A program made the position numbers and the translations under genes. Shown one piece after another: positions 8,739 through 19,174 of a stretch of 64,000 bases of DNA. Position 1 is the first letter of the stretch. Every line of letters begins with the position of its first letter. The stretch spans positions 40,359-104,358 of the forward strand of contig JBDRPL010000019.1 of the NCBI GenBank assembly GCA_043827025.1, read 5' to 3'. The DNA comes from Candidatus Micrarchaeota archaeon (GTDB taxonomy: Archaea; Micrarchaeota; Micrarchaeia; Anstonellales; Bilamarchaeaceae). The notes below the pieces were generated by a model, which was not told where the DNA came from, ran no database searches, and saw only the letters and a list, made by a program, of their open reading frames with translations.

Positions 8739-9455
8739 ATGAAAAAACTCCTTTTATTCCTTGTGGTAATTGCGCTACTGTTTGCTCCTTATCCTCAATA
8801 TTATGGATATGTGAATGATTATGCAAACGTTCTTTCCCCTCAATACAAGGCTGGATTAGAGCAGAAGATCTCCGACTTCGAAAGAAATTCTTCTGTTGAG
8901 ATTGCAGTTGTCATTTTGCCTCAGCTGGCGGATCCAAATGATCCGAAAATTCCTGCCGACATAAATATCTATGCAGCAGAACTCTTCCACGAGTGGAAGA
9001 TAGGGAAGAAAGGCGAGGATAATGGTATCCTTCTTTTGATTGCCATGAATGACAAAAAGCTTAGGCTAGAAGTAGGTTATGGGCTTGAAGGCACTATTCC
9101 AGATACAATTGCAAAAAAGATAATTGATAATGAAATAACCCCTTATTTCAAGGAGGGTAGGTATGATGAAGGTGTCATGAATGGAGTTGATAAAATTATC
9201 GAAACCATACAAAAAAAAGGTTATACTCCAACTGTAAAGAAAGATGACGAGGACTTCATGTGCTTCCTTGCAGTATTCCTTGGCATTTTCCTTTTCATAA
9301 TTATCATCTTTGTAATCACCATGAAGTATGGCAAGGGCGGAGGCTATAGTCACGGAGGGGGTGGCTGGTCTTCTGGCAGAGGACATTCCTCAGGAGGGGG
9401 CCACAGTTTCGGAGGCGGATTCTCCGGCGGTGGAGGGTCATCAGGCGGATGGTAA
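8739..9455 (+). CDS. TPM-domain (YgcG/DUF477) membrane protein with Gly-rich tail
   Basis: Signal peptide, YVNDYANVLS, EIAVV, WKIGKKGEDNGILLLIA, LEVGYGLEGTIPD; one TM helix; FGGGFSGGGGSSGGW end. Confidence 0.92.
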   Translation: MKKLLLFLVVIALLFAPYPQYYGYVNDYANVLSPQYKAGLEQKISDFERNSSVEIAVVILPQLADPNDPKIPADINIYAAELFHEWKIGKKGEDNGILLLIAMNDKKLRLEVGYGLEGTIPDTIAKKIIDNEITPYFKEGRYDEGVMNGVDKIIETIQKKGYTPTVKKDDEDFMCFLAVFLGIFLFIIIIFVITMKYGKGGGYSHGGGGWSSGRGHSSGGGHSFGGGFSGGGGSSGGW

Positions 9456-9694
9456 TTCTTCATTCCACTAAAAAAGATTTACTCCTGATTTTTGCTGCGC
9501 TTGCAGTTGGTGCATTGATTTGGTTTTATGATTTTGCGTTGCTGACTATCATACTTTTTGTTTTACTTCTCTTATTCGTGCTGTTCCTCGTTTTCAAAGG
9601 CAAGGGCAGTCGTGGAGGCAGAGGCTGGTCATCAGGCGGCTCAAGTTTTGGCGGTGGAAGATCAGGCGGCGGCGGAGCATCAGGCAGATGGTAG
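9449..9694 (+). CDS. Small two-TM protein with a TPM-type Gly-rich tail but no TPM domain
   Basis: Hydrophobic stretch followed by GWSSGGSSFGGGRSGGGGASGRW; start overlaps the stop of the TPM gene. Confidence 0.7.
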   Translation: MVILHSTKKDLLLIFAALAVGALIWFYDFALLTIILFVLLLLFVLFLVFKGKGSRGGRGWSSGGSSFGGGRSGGGGASGRW

Positions 9695-9737
9695 GATTTT
9701 TAAATAATGATTATAATATCTATGTGAGGATGATTCA

Positions 9738-10334
9738 ATGGCAGATACTAAATTAGGAGGAGCAGGCACGATTATAGTCGTTGCAGTCCTGCTGGTAATC
9801 ATATTGGTACTTTCTATAGCGTTGGTCAGCGTCTATAATAATTTCATAAAGCTCAATACTGAGGCTGACAATAGGTGGGCATATGTTCAGACTGTTTATC
9901 AGGAAAGATTCGATCTTATACCGAGAATCGTACAGTCCGTAACTGCTCAAACAAAGGCTGAGAAAGATATATTGGATGGAATCGCGAATGCGAGAACTAA
10001 TTACATGAATGCGAAGACTGTTGACGGACAGGTTGCCGCAGCGCAACAGCTGGACAATGTTTTTCTCAAGTTGAATGCACTGTCAATTACGGAAAACTAT
10101 CCTAATGTGCAGTTTGCGCAGGCATTTGCAGACTTCCGAACTATCTATGAAGGCCAGGAAAACAGGATAAGGGTCGAGAGAAATCGCTACAATGAGGCAA
10201 TAAAAGAATACAATGTGGCTGTTTTGACCTTCCCGGGAAACTTCATGGCAGGTATATTCGGTTTCCAGAAGAGAATGATGTTCGAAGCACAGCAAGGAGC
10301 AGAGAATGCACCTGATCTGAACTTCAACATCTAA
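9738..10334 (+). CDS. lemA: LemA family protein
   Basis: N-terminal TM helix, YQERFDLIP, ENYP, ENRIRVERNRYNEAIKEYN, FPGNFMAGIFGF. Confidence 0.93.
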   Translation: MADTKLGGAGTIIVVAVLLVIILVLSIALVSVYNNFIKLNTEADNRWAYVQTVYQERFDLIPRIVQSVTAQTKAEKDILDGIANARTNYMNAKTVDGQVAAAQQLDNVFLKLNALSITENYPNVQFAQAFADFRTIYEGQENRIRVERNRYNEAIKEYNVAVLTFPGNFMAGIFGFQKRMMFEAQQGAENAPDLNFNI

Positions 10335-10369
10335 TCTTTTTCTTATTTTCTTCTGGTCTGTTTAGGTCA

Positions 10370-12673
10370 TCAGGCTTTTAGTTCGCTTCCTTTCTTCACT
10401 TTATTTACTTTGCTTATTGCCTTCAGTTCTTCAATCAGTTCATTATCAAGGTCAGCAACAGTAACTTCGTTCAATTCAGATGCCTGGCTCAGTTGTTTCT
10501 TTGATTTATATTGCCTTACGAATGAAACAGCTTCCTTCAACCTTTCGACTTGCCCGATGACTTCTGAATTTATTTCTCCGTATTCTGGCCATCGGATCGT
10601 CTGCAGGCTTTTCTTCTCAAACAATTCGCTATAAATTTCTTCGCAGATGTGCGGAGATATCGGAGCAAGTATCTTCACTGTGTTTTCAAGAACGTATCTG
10701 AGGCAATACTGCGCTTCCTGTTTGTCAATGTTATTATATGTCCTATACTTGATGTATTCGAGATAATGGTCGCAGAATTCGTTCCAGAAGAATTTCTGTA
10801 TTGCACTTGCAGCCAGATGGAATTCGAATTTTTCCATTGCCTCAGTCACTTCCTTTATTGCCTGGTTCATCCTGCTTATTATCCAAATATCCACCTTTCT
10901 TTTCAAATGCACTTTCTTTCCATCAAAGTCAGACGTTGAACTCTCAACGAATTTTGCTGCGTTCCATACCTTGTTCAAGAAGGATTTTGCATATCTTATG
11001 TCTTCGTAGCTGAACGGCCTGTCCTTTGCCATTGCTCCGCTCATTGCTGCCCATTGCCTTATGGCATCCACTGGATATTCGAACTGAAGAGTTGCTGGTG
11101 AAATTATGTTCCCAAGGCTTTTGCTCATCTTCTTGCCGTCAGGCGCAAGCACATTCCCGTTCAATAATATCTTCTTGAAAGGCGCTTTTCCAGTAAGGAA
11201 TCCGCTTCTGTAAATTGTATAGAATGCCCATGTCCTCACAATCTCCACACCCTGGGGCCTGAGAGAAACAGGATAAACTTTGTCAAACATCTTTTTGTTG
11301 TCAGGCCATCCTGAAATCACCAAAGGAGTTATGGATGAATCAACCCAACAATCGCAGGTGCTTGTTTCTGCTTTCATGACTTCCCCGCAGCAACATTTCA
11401 TTTCCTTTGCCTTCTCTGGATAGAATGGCAATTCTTCTGCAGGCTCTGTCTTGGTGCATTTTTCACAATAGTAGAATGGAAGCGGTGTTCCGAATACTCT
11501 CTGTCGTGAAATGACCCAGTCCCATTCTGCCCCTTCTACCCAGTCGATCAGATAGTTTATGCCGAAATTTGGCACCCATTCTATCTGGTGCGCCAGTTCC
11601 TTTATCTTTTTGCCAGTTGTCCTTATATCTGCGAACCATTGCATTGAAGTTAAGAGTTCAATTGCAGTTCTGCATCGGTCATGCACTTTCACAGTTTGTT
11701 TCAAAGGCTCTTGTTTGGTTATCTTGCCTTCAGCCTTTAGTTTTTCAATAGTCTTCTTCTTTGCTTCCTCTGTTTTAATGCCATCAAATTCTCCGCTGTT
11801 TATCATTTTTCCATTATGGCCTATTGCATTCACTATTGGCAAATGGTGCCTATGCATCCAGACAACATCCATTTTGTCTCCGAATGTGCAGACCATGAGC
11901 AATCCAGTGCCAAACTCCTTTTCAACATCCTTGTCTTCAAGAATTGGAACTTCCTTTCCAAGGGCAGTCTTTGCCTTTTTCCCCTTAAGGTGGACATACC
12001 TCTTGTCTTCAGGGTTGTAAAGCAGTGCAACGCACGCATTCATTAACTCCGGCCTTGTAGTTGCAATCAACAAGTCCTCGCCTTTTGGGCCTGTGAATTT
12101 TATGTGATTGAGCATCCCGTCCCTCTCAACATCGTCAAGCTCTGCCTTTGCAATTGCAGACATGCATTTCGTGCACCAGTAAACAGGATATTCATTCCTA
12201 TATACTAATTTGTCCTTATACATCTGTATTAGTGAAAGCTGCACTTTCTTGTGGTATTCAGGATCCATTGTTTTGTATTCATATCTCCAGTCTGGAGACC
12301 ATCCCATGTCATTCATCTGCTCTTTCATCTTTGCAATCATTTCATGCGTCCACTCGACGCATCTTTCCCTGAATTCTTTTGATGGAAGTCTGCCGTACTT
12401 CTTTTCTACCTTTGTTTCAGTTGGAAAACCTTGAGTGTCCCATCCTTGGGGGTAATACACATTGAACCCGTGCATCCTTTTGTAGCGTGCAACGAAGTCG
12501 AAATAGGAATAGCTTAGCACATGGCCCATGTGTAATTCTCCACTTGTGAATGGCGGAGGTGTGTCTATGGAATATATCTTGCCTTTTGCATCCAGGTTGA
12601 ACTGGTGTATTTTATTGTCATTCCAGTATTTTTGCCATTTTTTCTCTGTTTCCTTATCATATTTTCCGAGCAT
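10370..12673 (-). CDS. valS: Valine--tRNA ligase
   Basis: SIDTPPP..SGELHMGH, ATTRPE, LMVCTFGD, DWVISRQR, KMSKS. Confidence 0.97.
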   Translation of the reverse strand: MLGKYDKETEKKWQKYWNDNKIHQFNLDAKGKIYSIDTPPPFTSGELHMGHVLSYSYFDFVARYKRMHGFNVYYPQGWDTQGFPTETKVEKKYGRLPSKEFRERCVEWTHEMIAKMKEQMNDMGWSPDWRYEYKTMDPEYHKKVQLSLIQMYKDKLVYRNEYPVYWCTKCMSAIAKAELDDVERDGMLNHIKFTGPKGEDLLIATTRPELMNACVALLYNPEDKRYVHLKGKKAKTALGKEVPILEDKDVEKEFGTGLLMVCTFGDKMDVVWMHRHHLPIVNAIGHNGKMINSGEFDGIKTEEAKKKTIEKLKAEGKITKQEPLKQTVKVHDRCRTAIELLTSMQWFADIRTTGKKIKELAHQIEWVPNFGINYLIDWVEGAEWDWVISRQRVFGTPLPFYYCEKCTKTEPAEELPFYPEKAKEMKCCCGEVMKAETSTCDCWVDSSITPLVISGWPDNKKMFDKVYPVSLRPQGVEIVRTWAFYTIYRSGFLTGKAPFKKILLNGNVLAPDGKKMSKSLGNIISPATLQFEYPVDAIRQWAAMSGAMAKDRPFSYEDIRYAKSFLNKVWNAAKFVESSTSDFDGKKVHLKRKVDIWIISRMNQAIKEVTEAMEKFEFHLAASAIQKFFWNEFCDHYLEYIKYRTYNNIDKQEAQYCLRYVLENTVKILAPISPHICEEIYSELFEKKSLQTIRWPEYGEINSEVIGQVERLKEAVSFVRQYKSKKQLSQASELNEVTVADLDNELIEELKAISKVNKVKKGSELKA

Positions 12674-12749
12674 ATTATCCCTTTACACCACAATCTTTTT
12701 TACCTAATTATATGGGAACATTTAAAAGAATCTTCCTAGATATCTTTTT

Positions 12750-15371
12750 ATGAAAAAATACTTGTTATTTCTGCTTTTGCTTGGAAGCTTGGTGAATTCG
12801 GCCCTTATTCGGGTTGATCTTTCAGAATCTATAGTGGGGTATGCCGAAAAAGAGGCAATAAAAATCGGTGAATATGATTTCCTAGTGTTTGACCATATAA
12901 ACAGTAAGCTAGGTCCAGGGGGCATTCAGCTTGCTACATCTGTTGATGTAAAAATTTATCATGCGCAGGGAGGAGTCACATCTCTTTATTCTTCAGTGAC
13001 TTTGGTTCCTGGCCAGGACATTGAATTTAGGTTGCCAAGCACAGGTGCCCTTCCATTTCCGGAAGAAGCAGGGTCTGGGATAGTAACAATCGATCGTCTC
13101 TCAGTGTTTCCTGCGAAGGAAATTGATTTCACTTTGATTGCGCCATTTGTCCATAAATGTACGGAACTTGTCGAACCAAATCTTTTAGTAAAGAATACTG
13201 TGACTGCAGATTCTTATACATTTGAGTACTCTGAACATTTTCCTGGCTGCGCCGTTGGTGAATTTTGTGGAAACCAGGGGTTGCCTGAGGACCTTGGCGT
13301 TACTAAAAGCCGTTTATTTGCAACGCTTGAAACCAGCGATTCTGCGTTTGATATGTGTACTGGAGCTACAACCATTAGGGAAGTGAGTTGTACTAATATG
13401 TACAACCCAAAAATTGTGGAATTAAATTGTCCTGAAGCACTGGTTTGCAGTGAGGGTGCATGTGTTTTGCCTTCAACTGTTTGTGGAGGGGCGTGGAGGG
13501 GATTCAATAGTGCATTCGAGCAGGCTTCCCAGGAAAATGTCTTTTTCAAGTTCAATGCAGGTGCATTCAAAGCGGCTGATGTAAAATGCGCAGGAGGATA
13601 TGTTCCATTGACAATGACTTCAGGAACCAATTATCTTGCAACTACCAATCAGAATGATGAGGCAGTTCATTTAAATTCATTTAACTTGTGTGTCGAGAGG
13701 GGTATGCGGCCATTCTCTTTTTGGCAGTTTTCCCGTGACATGTACTTTGTCAGTGCCTTTTCCTGCCAGAGAGCAGCAAATAGTTTTGAATTCAAGCTTG
13801 TTTCGAAGAAAGTCTCTCCAACATGCAGCGGTCCTTCTCTTAATCAACTAAATACTGCAGTAAATGGAAATACGAAATTCCGATATGACTCAGGCACTGG
13901 CTATTACCTGACTTTCTTCCATCCGGACGTCTGTTCAGGAAACAGTGTCACTGAGAAATATTGCGATGGTAATTCTATAAAAGATAAGACAACTGTATGT
14001 CCTGTAGGTACTCTTTGCAGTGATGGTGCATGTGTGCAGGCTGCTGAGGTTGAATGCCAGGTCACCAGGGACTGCCAAATGAATTTCAGGGTATGTCTCA
14101 ATGGCAAGTGCGAAGCAAGAGGTGTTGTGGCATGCGTTGACGATAGTGCCTGCAGCGGAATTACAGTATGCCATGGAGATGGATTTTGTAGTATGTTGTG
14201 CAGGGACAGTAGCAACTGTGCTGAGGGATTTTTCTGCGATCAAGAGGGGCGCTGTATTGATCATCAATTGCAATGCCAGATAGATTCTGACTGCCCAGAA
14301 AATGGCCAGGTCTGCCAGAACAACCAGTGCGTTCTTCCAGGTGCAGTCCAATGTCAGAACAACAATGATTGCGATGACGATGAAAAATGCGACAATGGCA
14401 TATGCGTAGTTGATCCGAACAAGATTTCCTATTGCCAGGGCAATGAACTTGGTGTTGGGGATCCGCTGAATGTTGGCGACTATTCATTCTTGTTCAGTAC
14501 TATTCTCCCAGGTGTGGATTGCAATAAAGCCAAGATAAAGATATATCAGAATGGCGTACTTAAGGACACTATAACCGAATGCCCGAAAGATGGGATATAC
14601 ACAACATCAATCAACGGCGATAACATTGCCATGAGGATGTGCCGAGTTGACAATGCAAATGATATGGGAGTGTTCCAGTTTTCTGTAAATGGCCAAGGGT
14701 TATTAGTAAGCACTTGCGAGGATACTGACAGCGGAATGGACCTTTATAAAAAAGGGGTCACAACTTATGGCGTGAAGGATCTAAATGGGGCATTCATTGA
14801 TACATCTACAGTCAGGGATGCCTGCGTGGATGCAGTGTCAGTGAGAAAATATTATTGCGATCCCCTTAACACTGCAAAAAGCACAGTCGTCCAGTGTCCT
14901 AATGATGGAGTTTGTAATGATGGCGTATGCAGTATCGGCAAGAAGCAGATAAATGTCACATTCGAGAAAGGCTGGAATCTGTTTTCAGTGCCTCTTGACA
15001 AGACAACAAAGTCTGTTTCAAGCTGTGGCCAGATGGACTTGTGGACCTATGATAATTCACTGAGCAAATATGTCCAAGTTGATTCGATGCTTTCTGGAAA
15101 AAGTTATTGGGGTTATGTCAGTAGCAAGTGCCAGATGACTTTTGAAGGAGAAGGACTTAACATAAATGGATTGCAATTAAAGAAGGGTTGGAACCAGATT
15201 CCATCTTCATTTGTCCAACAGAAGCTTGATGACCTTCTTTTGCTATGCAATGTAGCTCATGGGCCTTGGACATATGATACTCTGCAAAATACATACATAC
15301 TTGCGCAGAATTCAGTTCCAGGAAAAGGATATTTTGTCAAGGTTGGTGCAGACTGCAAACTGGAGGGATGA
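12750..15371 (+). CDS. Large secreted Cys-rich repeat surface protein
   Basis: Signal peptide; three D-x-C...C..G..C.(D/E)G.C modules; five tandem 4-Cys units; duplicated GWN-containing C-terminal module. Confidence 0.8.
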   Translation: MKKYLLFLLLLGSLVNSALIRVDLSESIVGYAEKEAIKIGEYDFLVFDHINSKLGPGGIQLATSVDVKIYHAQGGVTSLYSSVTLVPGQDIEFRLPSTGALPFPEEAGSGIVTIDRLSVFPAKEIDFTLIAPFVHKCTELVEPNLLVKNTVTADSYTFEYSEHFPGCAVGEFCGNQGLPEDLGVTKSRLFATLETSDSAFDMCTGATTIREVSCTNMYNPKIVELNCPEALVCSEGACVLPSTVCGGAWRGFNSAFEQASQENVFFKFNAGAFKAADVKCAGGYVPLTMTSGTNYLATTNQNDEAVHLNSFNLCVERGMRPFSFWQFSRDMYFVSAFSCQRAANSFEFKLVSKKVSPTCSGPSLNQLNTAVNGNTKFRYDSGTGYYLTFFHPDVCSGNSVTEKYCDGNSIKDKTTVCPVGTLCSDGACVQAAEVECQVTRDCQMNFRVCLNGKCEARGVVACVDDSACSGITVCHGDGFCSMLCRDSSNCAEGFFCDQEGRCIDHQLQCQIDSDCPENGQVCQNNQCVLPGAVQCQNNNDCDDDEKCDNGICVVDPNKISYCQGNELGVGDPLNVGDYSFLFSTILPGVDCNKAKIKIYQNGVLKDTITECPKDGIYTTSINGDNIAMRMCRVDNANDMGVFQFSVNGQGLLVSTCEDTDSGMDLYKKGVTTYGVKDLNGAFIDTSTVRDACVDAVSVRKYYCDPLNTAKSTVVQCPNDGVCNDGVCSIGKKQINVTFEKGWNLFSVPLDKTTKSVSSCGQMDLWTYDNSLSKYVQVDSMLSGKSYWGYVSSKCQMTFEGEGLNINGLQLKKGWNQIPSSFVQQKLDDLLLLCNVAHGPWTYDTLQNTYILAQNSVPGKGYFVKVGADCKLEG

Positions 15372-15374
15372 AAA

Positions 15375-15758
15375 ATGACAGATGATGATAAACTCGACGA
15401 ATTAGCAGAGGATTTCAAAGAAGAATCCGAAGATTATGAAGCAGAGAAAAAAGAGAAAATTGAGAAGGCAAAGGAAAAAATTCTGCAATCAAGGAAAACA
15501 AAAGATTTGGAAGAGCCTGAAACTGTTGAGGTTCAGAAGAATTCAAAGACCGGAATGTGGTTTGTGGTTGCAATCATTGTTTTTCTGATTATTCTTGGGG
15601 CTGCATATATTGCAGTTAATCAGGGCATGTTTGGACCAGCAACTCCGGTACATGTAAATCAGACCAATACTACAATTGTCCAGCCACCTGTTAACGATTC
15701 AGTGGTTCCGGCAAACAATGTTCCACCACCATTGCCAGATGAATTCTTTGGGCAGTGA
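15375..15758 (+). CDS. Small single-TM protein
   Basis: Charged N-terminus, one TM helix, Pro-rich C-terminus; 3 nt after the upstream gene. Confidence 0.7.
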   Translation: MTDDDKLDELAEDFKEESEDYEAEKKEKIEKAKEKILQSRKTKDLEEPETVEVQKNSKTGMWFVVAIIVFLIILGAAYIAVNQGMFGPATPVHVNQTNTTIVQPPVNDSVVPANNVPPPLPDEFFGQ

Positions 15759-16175
15759 TTATTTTTTATTTATTTTTTCAGTGGTTATAAGGCCAAAAGC
15801 CCTTTTTCTCAAAACCTCAGCATCGTTTTCATTGAAAAATATCTTTTCCGGTAACCTATTCTTTTCAAGCACTTTCTGGAACTCTACAAATTCTTCTTTT
15901 GTCAAGTGTACCATAAACTTCTTTCCATATCCGTACGACTCAAACAAGGCTCCCTTTTCATCGTACAAAGCCAAGTCAGGAATCTTGGAATCTATATATA
16001 TGCTGACCAGTTTCTTTACTTCTTCCTTTGTTATTTCTCTTCTTCGCGAAGTTATTTGGAATTCTGTCTGAAGTTGAGTGGCTTTCTTTGCAAGATATTC
16101 TAGCATGACCTTTAGCAATATGCGCATATCCACGCCCTTCATGTATTCCTCATTTAAGTAATATGTGTCTCTCAT
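15759..16175 (-). CDS. Hypothetical protein
   Basis: 138-aa ORF translationally coupled (4-nt overlap) to the MBL gene. Confidence 0.65.
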   Translation of the reverse strand: MRDTYYLNEEYMKGVDMRILLKVMLEYLAKKATQLQTEFQITSRRREITKEEVKKLVSIYIDSKIPDLALYDEKGALFESYGYGKKFMVHLTKEEFVEFQKVLEKNRLPEKIFFNENDAEVLRKRAFGLITTEKINKK

Positions 16176-16948
16176 ATAATATCAACCTTCATGCCATCTT
16201 TTGCAGCCATGCATTTTATACCTGTTGCATCTTCTATCTTTTTTGCCTCTTTCTCAGGCCCTGCACTTAGCATTTTCATTCCTAAATGATATATAATTAT
16301 TTTTTTAGGCATTGCCTTTCTTGCGATGGCTATTACGTCATCAGTTTTCAAATGGTCAGGAATCTGGTCTTTCTTCGGCTTCAGGCAGCTTACGAAAAGA
16401 GTATCGCAGCCTTTGTAAAGCTCGCCTAGTTCTTCAAAATATTCAGTATCGCTTATAATGCCCATTGTTTTTCCTTCTGCACTCAGCTTGAAGCCGAACC
16501 CAGTTGGCTCATCATGCCTTGATTTTATTATTTCTATCTCGAATTCCGAATTTTTGGTCTTGAATTTTTTCCTTTCTCCGTATTTTGCAGTGTAAACTGT
16601 TCCTATCTTTCCAAGATGATATCTTGTAATTCCAGTATCGCCTTTTGCATCCCCTTCGACAACGTATCTGCTCCCTATAAAAATCCCTTTCTTCTTGAGT
16701 GCGTAACTTGTCATCCCCTCTACCATGAGACTGGACTCGTTGCAATGATCTATATGGTAATGAGTAACTATTATCGCATCCAGTTTCAAAGGGTCAAGGC
16801 TGTATTTTTTGCATTGCAGTATCGAACCAGGGCCGGGGTCTATCATTATGTTCAAGTCATTGGTTCTGAGCCACTGGCCGCCTGTCGAACGGATTTGCTT
16901 AAGGAGATTGACTCTGCCTCCTCCAGTTCCAAGGAATATGAGTTCCAT
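16172..16948 (-). CDS. Metallo-beta-lactamase-fold hydrolase (RNase Z/PhnP-like)
   Basis: FLGTGGG, IDPGPG, THYHIDH, SDT and H motifs. Confidence 0.88.
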   Translation of the reverse strand: MELIFLGTGGGRVNLLKQIRSTGGQWLRTNDLNIMIDPGPGSILQCKKYSLDPLKLDAIIVTHYHIDHCNESSLMVEGMTSYALKKKGIFIGSRYVVEGDAKGDTGITRYHLGKIGTVYTAKYGERKKFKTKNSEFEIEIIKSRHDEPTGFGFKLSAEGKTMGIISDTEYFEELGELYKGCDTLFVSCLKPKKDQIPDHLKTDDVIAIARKAMPKKIIIYHLGMKMLSAGPEKEAKKIEDATGIKCMAAKDGMKVDII

Positions 16949-17064
16949 GAACCTGTTTCTGACTTATTGTTTAAAAAGACATTCGCTATCTTGGGATTAT
17001 TTTACGCATAACCACACAATTTAACATATTTAAATCCTTCCATGCAGAATGATCTAAGATCTTC

Positions 17065-17583
17065 ATGTCCGGTTTAAAATCATATTTGCAAAGAGTCCGT
17101 GATCGACTTATTAAGAAACCTAAATCTATGCCAGTACGTTGCAGGTTTTTGGAAAGCACTTCTGTTCCAAATAGGCGGATAAGAAGCTTTGCCAGGTTTC
17201 CTGTAGAAAGTGGCTGTAACTACTCAAACAGGTGGGCTCGAGATCAAAACAGCATTCACCAAGGCTCTCTTTCTACAAATGGAATACGTGCACCTACAAA
17301 GAAGATTGATTTGAGTCCTGCCCGATTGGGCGGAACAATTGCACTTAACTTTAGCGGAACACCTCTTTTCATCCACATCTCCAGCATTGGGACGTCATCT
17401 GTTTCAATCTCAATTCTGCGCCCAGATTCGTCTTGGCTGTTTGAAGATTGTAGTATCGAATGTGGCAGGTCTATAACACATCTTGGCGAATACGTCTTTT
17501 CGCTAACTTTGAACAAATTCATGTTTGATCCTTCAGCAAGGGATGCCCAGATATCTCTTTCTCTTTCGGTTCTTGCAGATTAA
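17065..17583 (+). CDS. Hypothetical (orphan) protein
   Basis: 172-aa ORF with an upstream TATA-like TATTTAAA; basic N-terminus. Confidence 0.55.
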   Translation: MSGLKSYLQRVRDRLIKKPKSMPVRCRFLESTSVPNRRIRSFARFPVESGCNYSNRWARDQNSIHQGSLSTNGIRAPTKKIDLSPARLGGTIALNFSGTPLFIHISSIGTSSVSISILRPDSSWLFEDCSIECGRSITHLGEYVFSLTLNKFMFDPSARDAQISLSLSVLAD

Positions 17584-18488
17584 TCTCTTTTTTTTCCAAT
17601 CATCTCGCAGAACTTGCACATTTTATGAGAAGTTGGCTCGCCGCAGGTTTCACATCCTTTTATATCTCCTTTCTGAACATTCTGGCGTAGTTTGTTCTGC
17701 AATGTCATGAAACTGTTTAATATCTTGAACTTGGTTCCAGGGTATTTTTCTTCTATTTCATTTAATTTGTGGCGGATTTCCTGCCTGAATGCATGAACTG
17801 CATAAGGGCATTCCTGGCCATGTATCTCAAGGCCTTTCAGCAGTCCGTAGATCGCAACTTCCTTTTCCGGGGTTCGGATCAGGGGTTTTATTCTCGGGAT
17901 GAATTTTTTATCTTCTTCTATTGGATGGAGGTATCTTGCAAGCCTCGTAGGCTCGTTTCGCATTATATTCATTAAGGTTGTCTGTGCAGCATCGTCTAGG
18001 TTATGGCCAATTGCCAGCTTGTCAGCACGCATCTCGCGCGCAGCTTTGTTTAACAAATAGCGTCTTGAAACTCCGCAATAGCTGCAGGGTATTGTTTTCT
18101 TTTCCTTCATTATCTCATCAAGCGTCTTTCCAGTCACTTCTTTGAACGAAACAACTCGGTGCTCGATTTTCAATTTCTTACAAAGCTTTTCCGCAATCTT
18201 CAGGCTGCTTGCACGATAGCCTTTGATTCCTTCATCAATCGTTATTGCTACGAGCTCAAAAGGCAGTTTCTTTTGCAGTTTGTGCAATAAATAAAGCATC
18301 ACAGAAGAATCCTTTCCGCCAGACACTCCAACTGCAATTCGTTCTCCTTTTGTTATTTTTGAAGTTTCGCCAACAGTCTGGAAGAATCGTTTCTCGAACA
18401 TTGCGCAGAAATGGTTTTTGCAAAGGTGCAGTCCACCATAGGAAAGATAAATTATAGCCTCACGGCCGCATTTCGAGCATTTTTCCAT
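17580..18488 (-). CDS. ttuA: tRNA 2-thiolation enzyme, TtuA/Ncs6 family
   Basis: N- and C-terminal zinc fingers, PP-loop SGGKDS, CSYC, GHNLDD, ECPY. Confidence 0.9.
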   Translation of the reverse strand: MEKCSKCGREAIIYLSYGGLHLCKNHFCAMFEKRFFQTVGETSKITKGERIAVGVSGGKDSSVMLYLLHKLQKKLPFELVAITIDEGIKGYRASSLKIAEKLCKKLKIEHRVVSFKEVTGKTLDEIMKEKKTIPCSYCGVSRRYLLNKAAREMRADKLAIGHNLDDAAQTTLMNIMRNEPTRLARYLHPIEEDKKFIPRIKPLIRTPEKEVAIYGLLKGLEIHGQECPYAVHAFRQEIRHKLNEIEEKYPGTKFKILNSFMTLQNKLRQNVQKGDIKGCETCGEPTSHKMCKFCEMIGKKRD

Positions 18489-18529
18489 GGTTAGTAATGA
18501 TTATGGTAATAATTAAATGCTATTTGGAT

Positions 18530-19138
18530 TCAATAAATGGGCTTGAGATCCAATTGCCTTTGTGTTTCTTTGAGTGCTATCACTTCAATCAAAGTCTGGA
18601 CAATAGGGTTTGCGCGTATCAGGATTATAAGTGCCTTTGCAGATTCTTCTTCGAGCATCTTGCTGCCACCTGTTCCTTGGCGTGCTCTTGCAACTTCAGT
18701 AATATCCTTTATCATCCTAAGGTGATAATTGCTTTCAAGATGTTCAGCAAGCCTTTTGGCATGCCCAATGACTGCACTCAGTTCGATACTTGGCTGGATA
18801 GTTGCAACATATAATCCATTGCTTCGCGAATGATGTCTTTCAGAGAATGCAGTTGCCAATAATTCTGCATACATGCGCAATTCATCACTTCCAATGTTTC
18901 TGGAAAACCTATACATTAGGTAGCCTTGTTCGCCTTCCAAGCAGCCTATTGCGCTTAATGTTGCACGTGGTTCAATTTCAGTTGAGAGCTCGAATCTCTT
19001 TATTGCGGTTTCAAATGAGCCATGTTCAATTTCCTTTCTTTTCCAGTTGCCTAGCTTTCTTTCTATTTGTCTAAAGTCACGCGGAGTCAAAACTAGCTGG
19101 CCTGTATTGAGAGTCTTCCGCTCCACTTGTTTATACAT
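18530..19138 (-). CDS. Hypothetical (orphan) protein
   Basis: 202-aa ORF with its own upstream AATATAAA; lies between the ubiquitin-like gene and ttuA. Confidence 0.65.
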   Translation of the reverse strand: MYKQVERKTLNTGQLVLTPRDFRQIERKLGNWKRKEIEHGSFETAIKRFELSTEIEPRATLSAIGCLEGEQGYLMYRFSRNIGSDELRMYAELLATAFSERHHSRSNGLYVATIQPSIELSAVIGHAKRLAEHLESNYHLRMIKDITEVARARQGTGGSKMLEEESAKALIILIRANPIVQTLIEVIALKETQRQLDLKPIY

Positions 19139-19174
19139 GTGTTAATAGATGTAGAAATAGGTTTATATTCGTAT

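Noticed and set aside
9449..9455. Programmed frameshift joining the TPM gene to the downstream small ORF
   Set aside because: The first gene already has a complete Trp-terminated tail, no slippery sequence is evident at the junction, and the ATG/stop overlap fits ordinary translational coupling.
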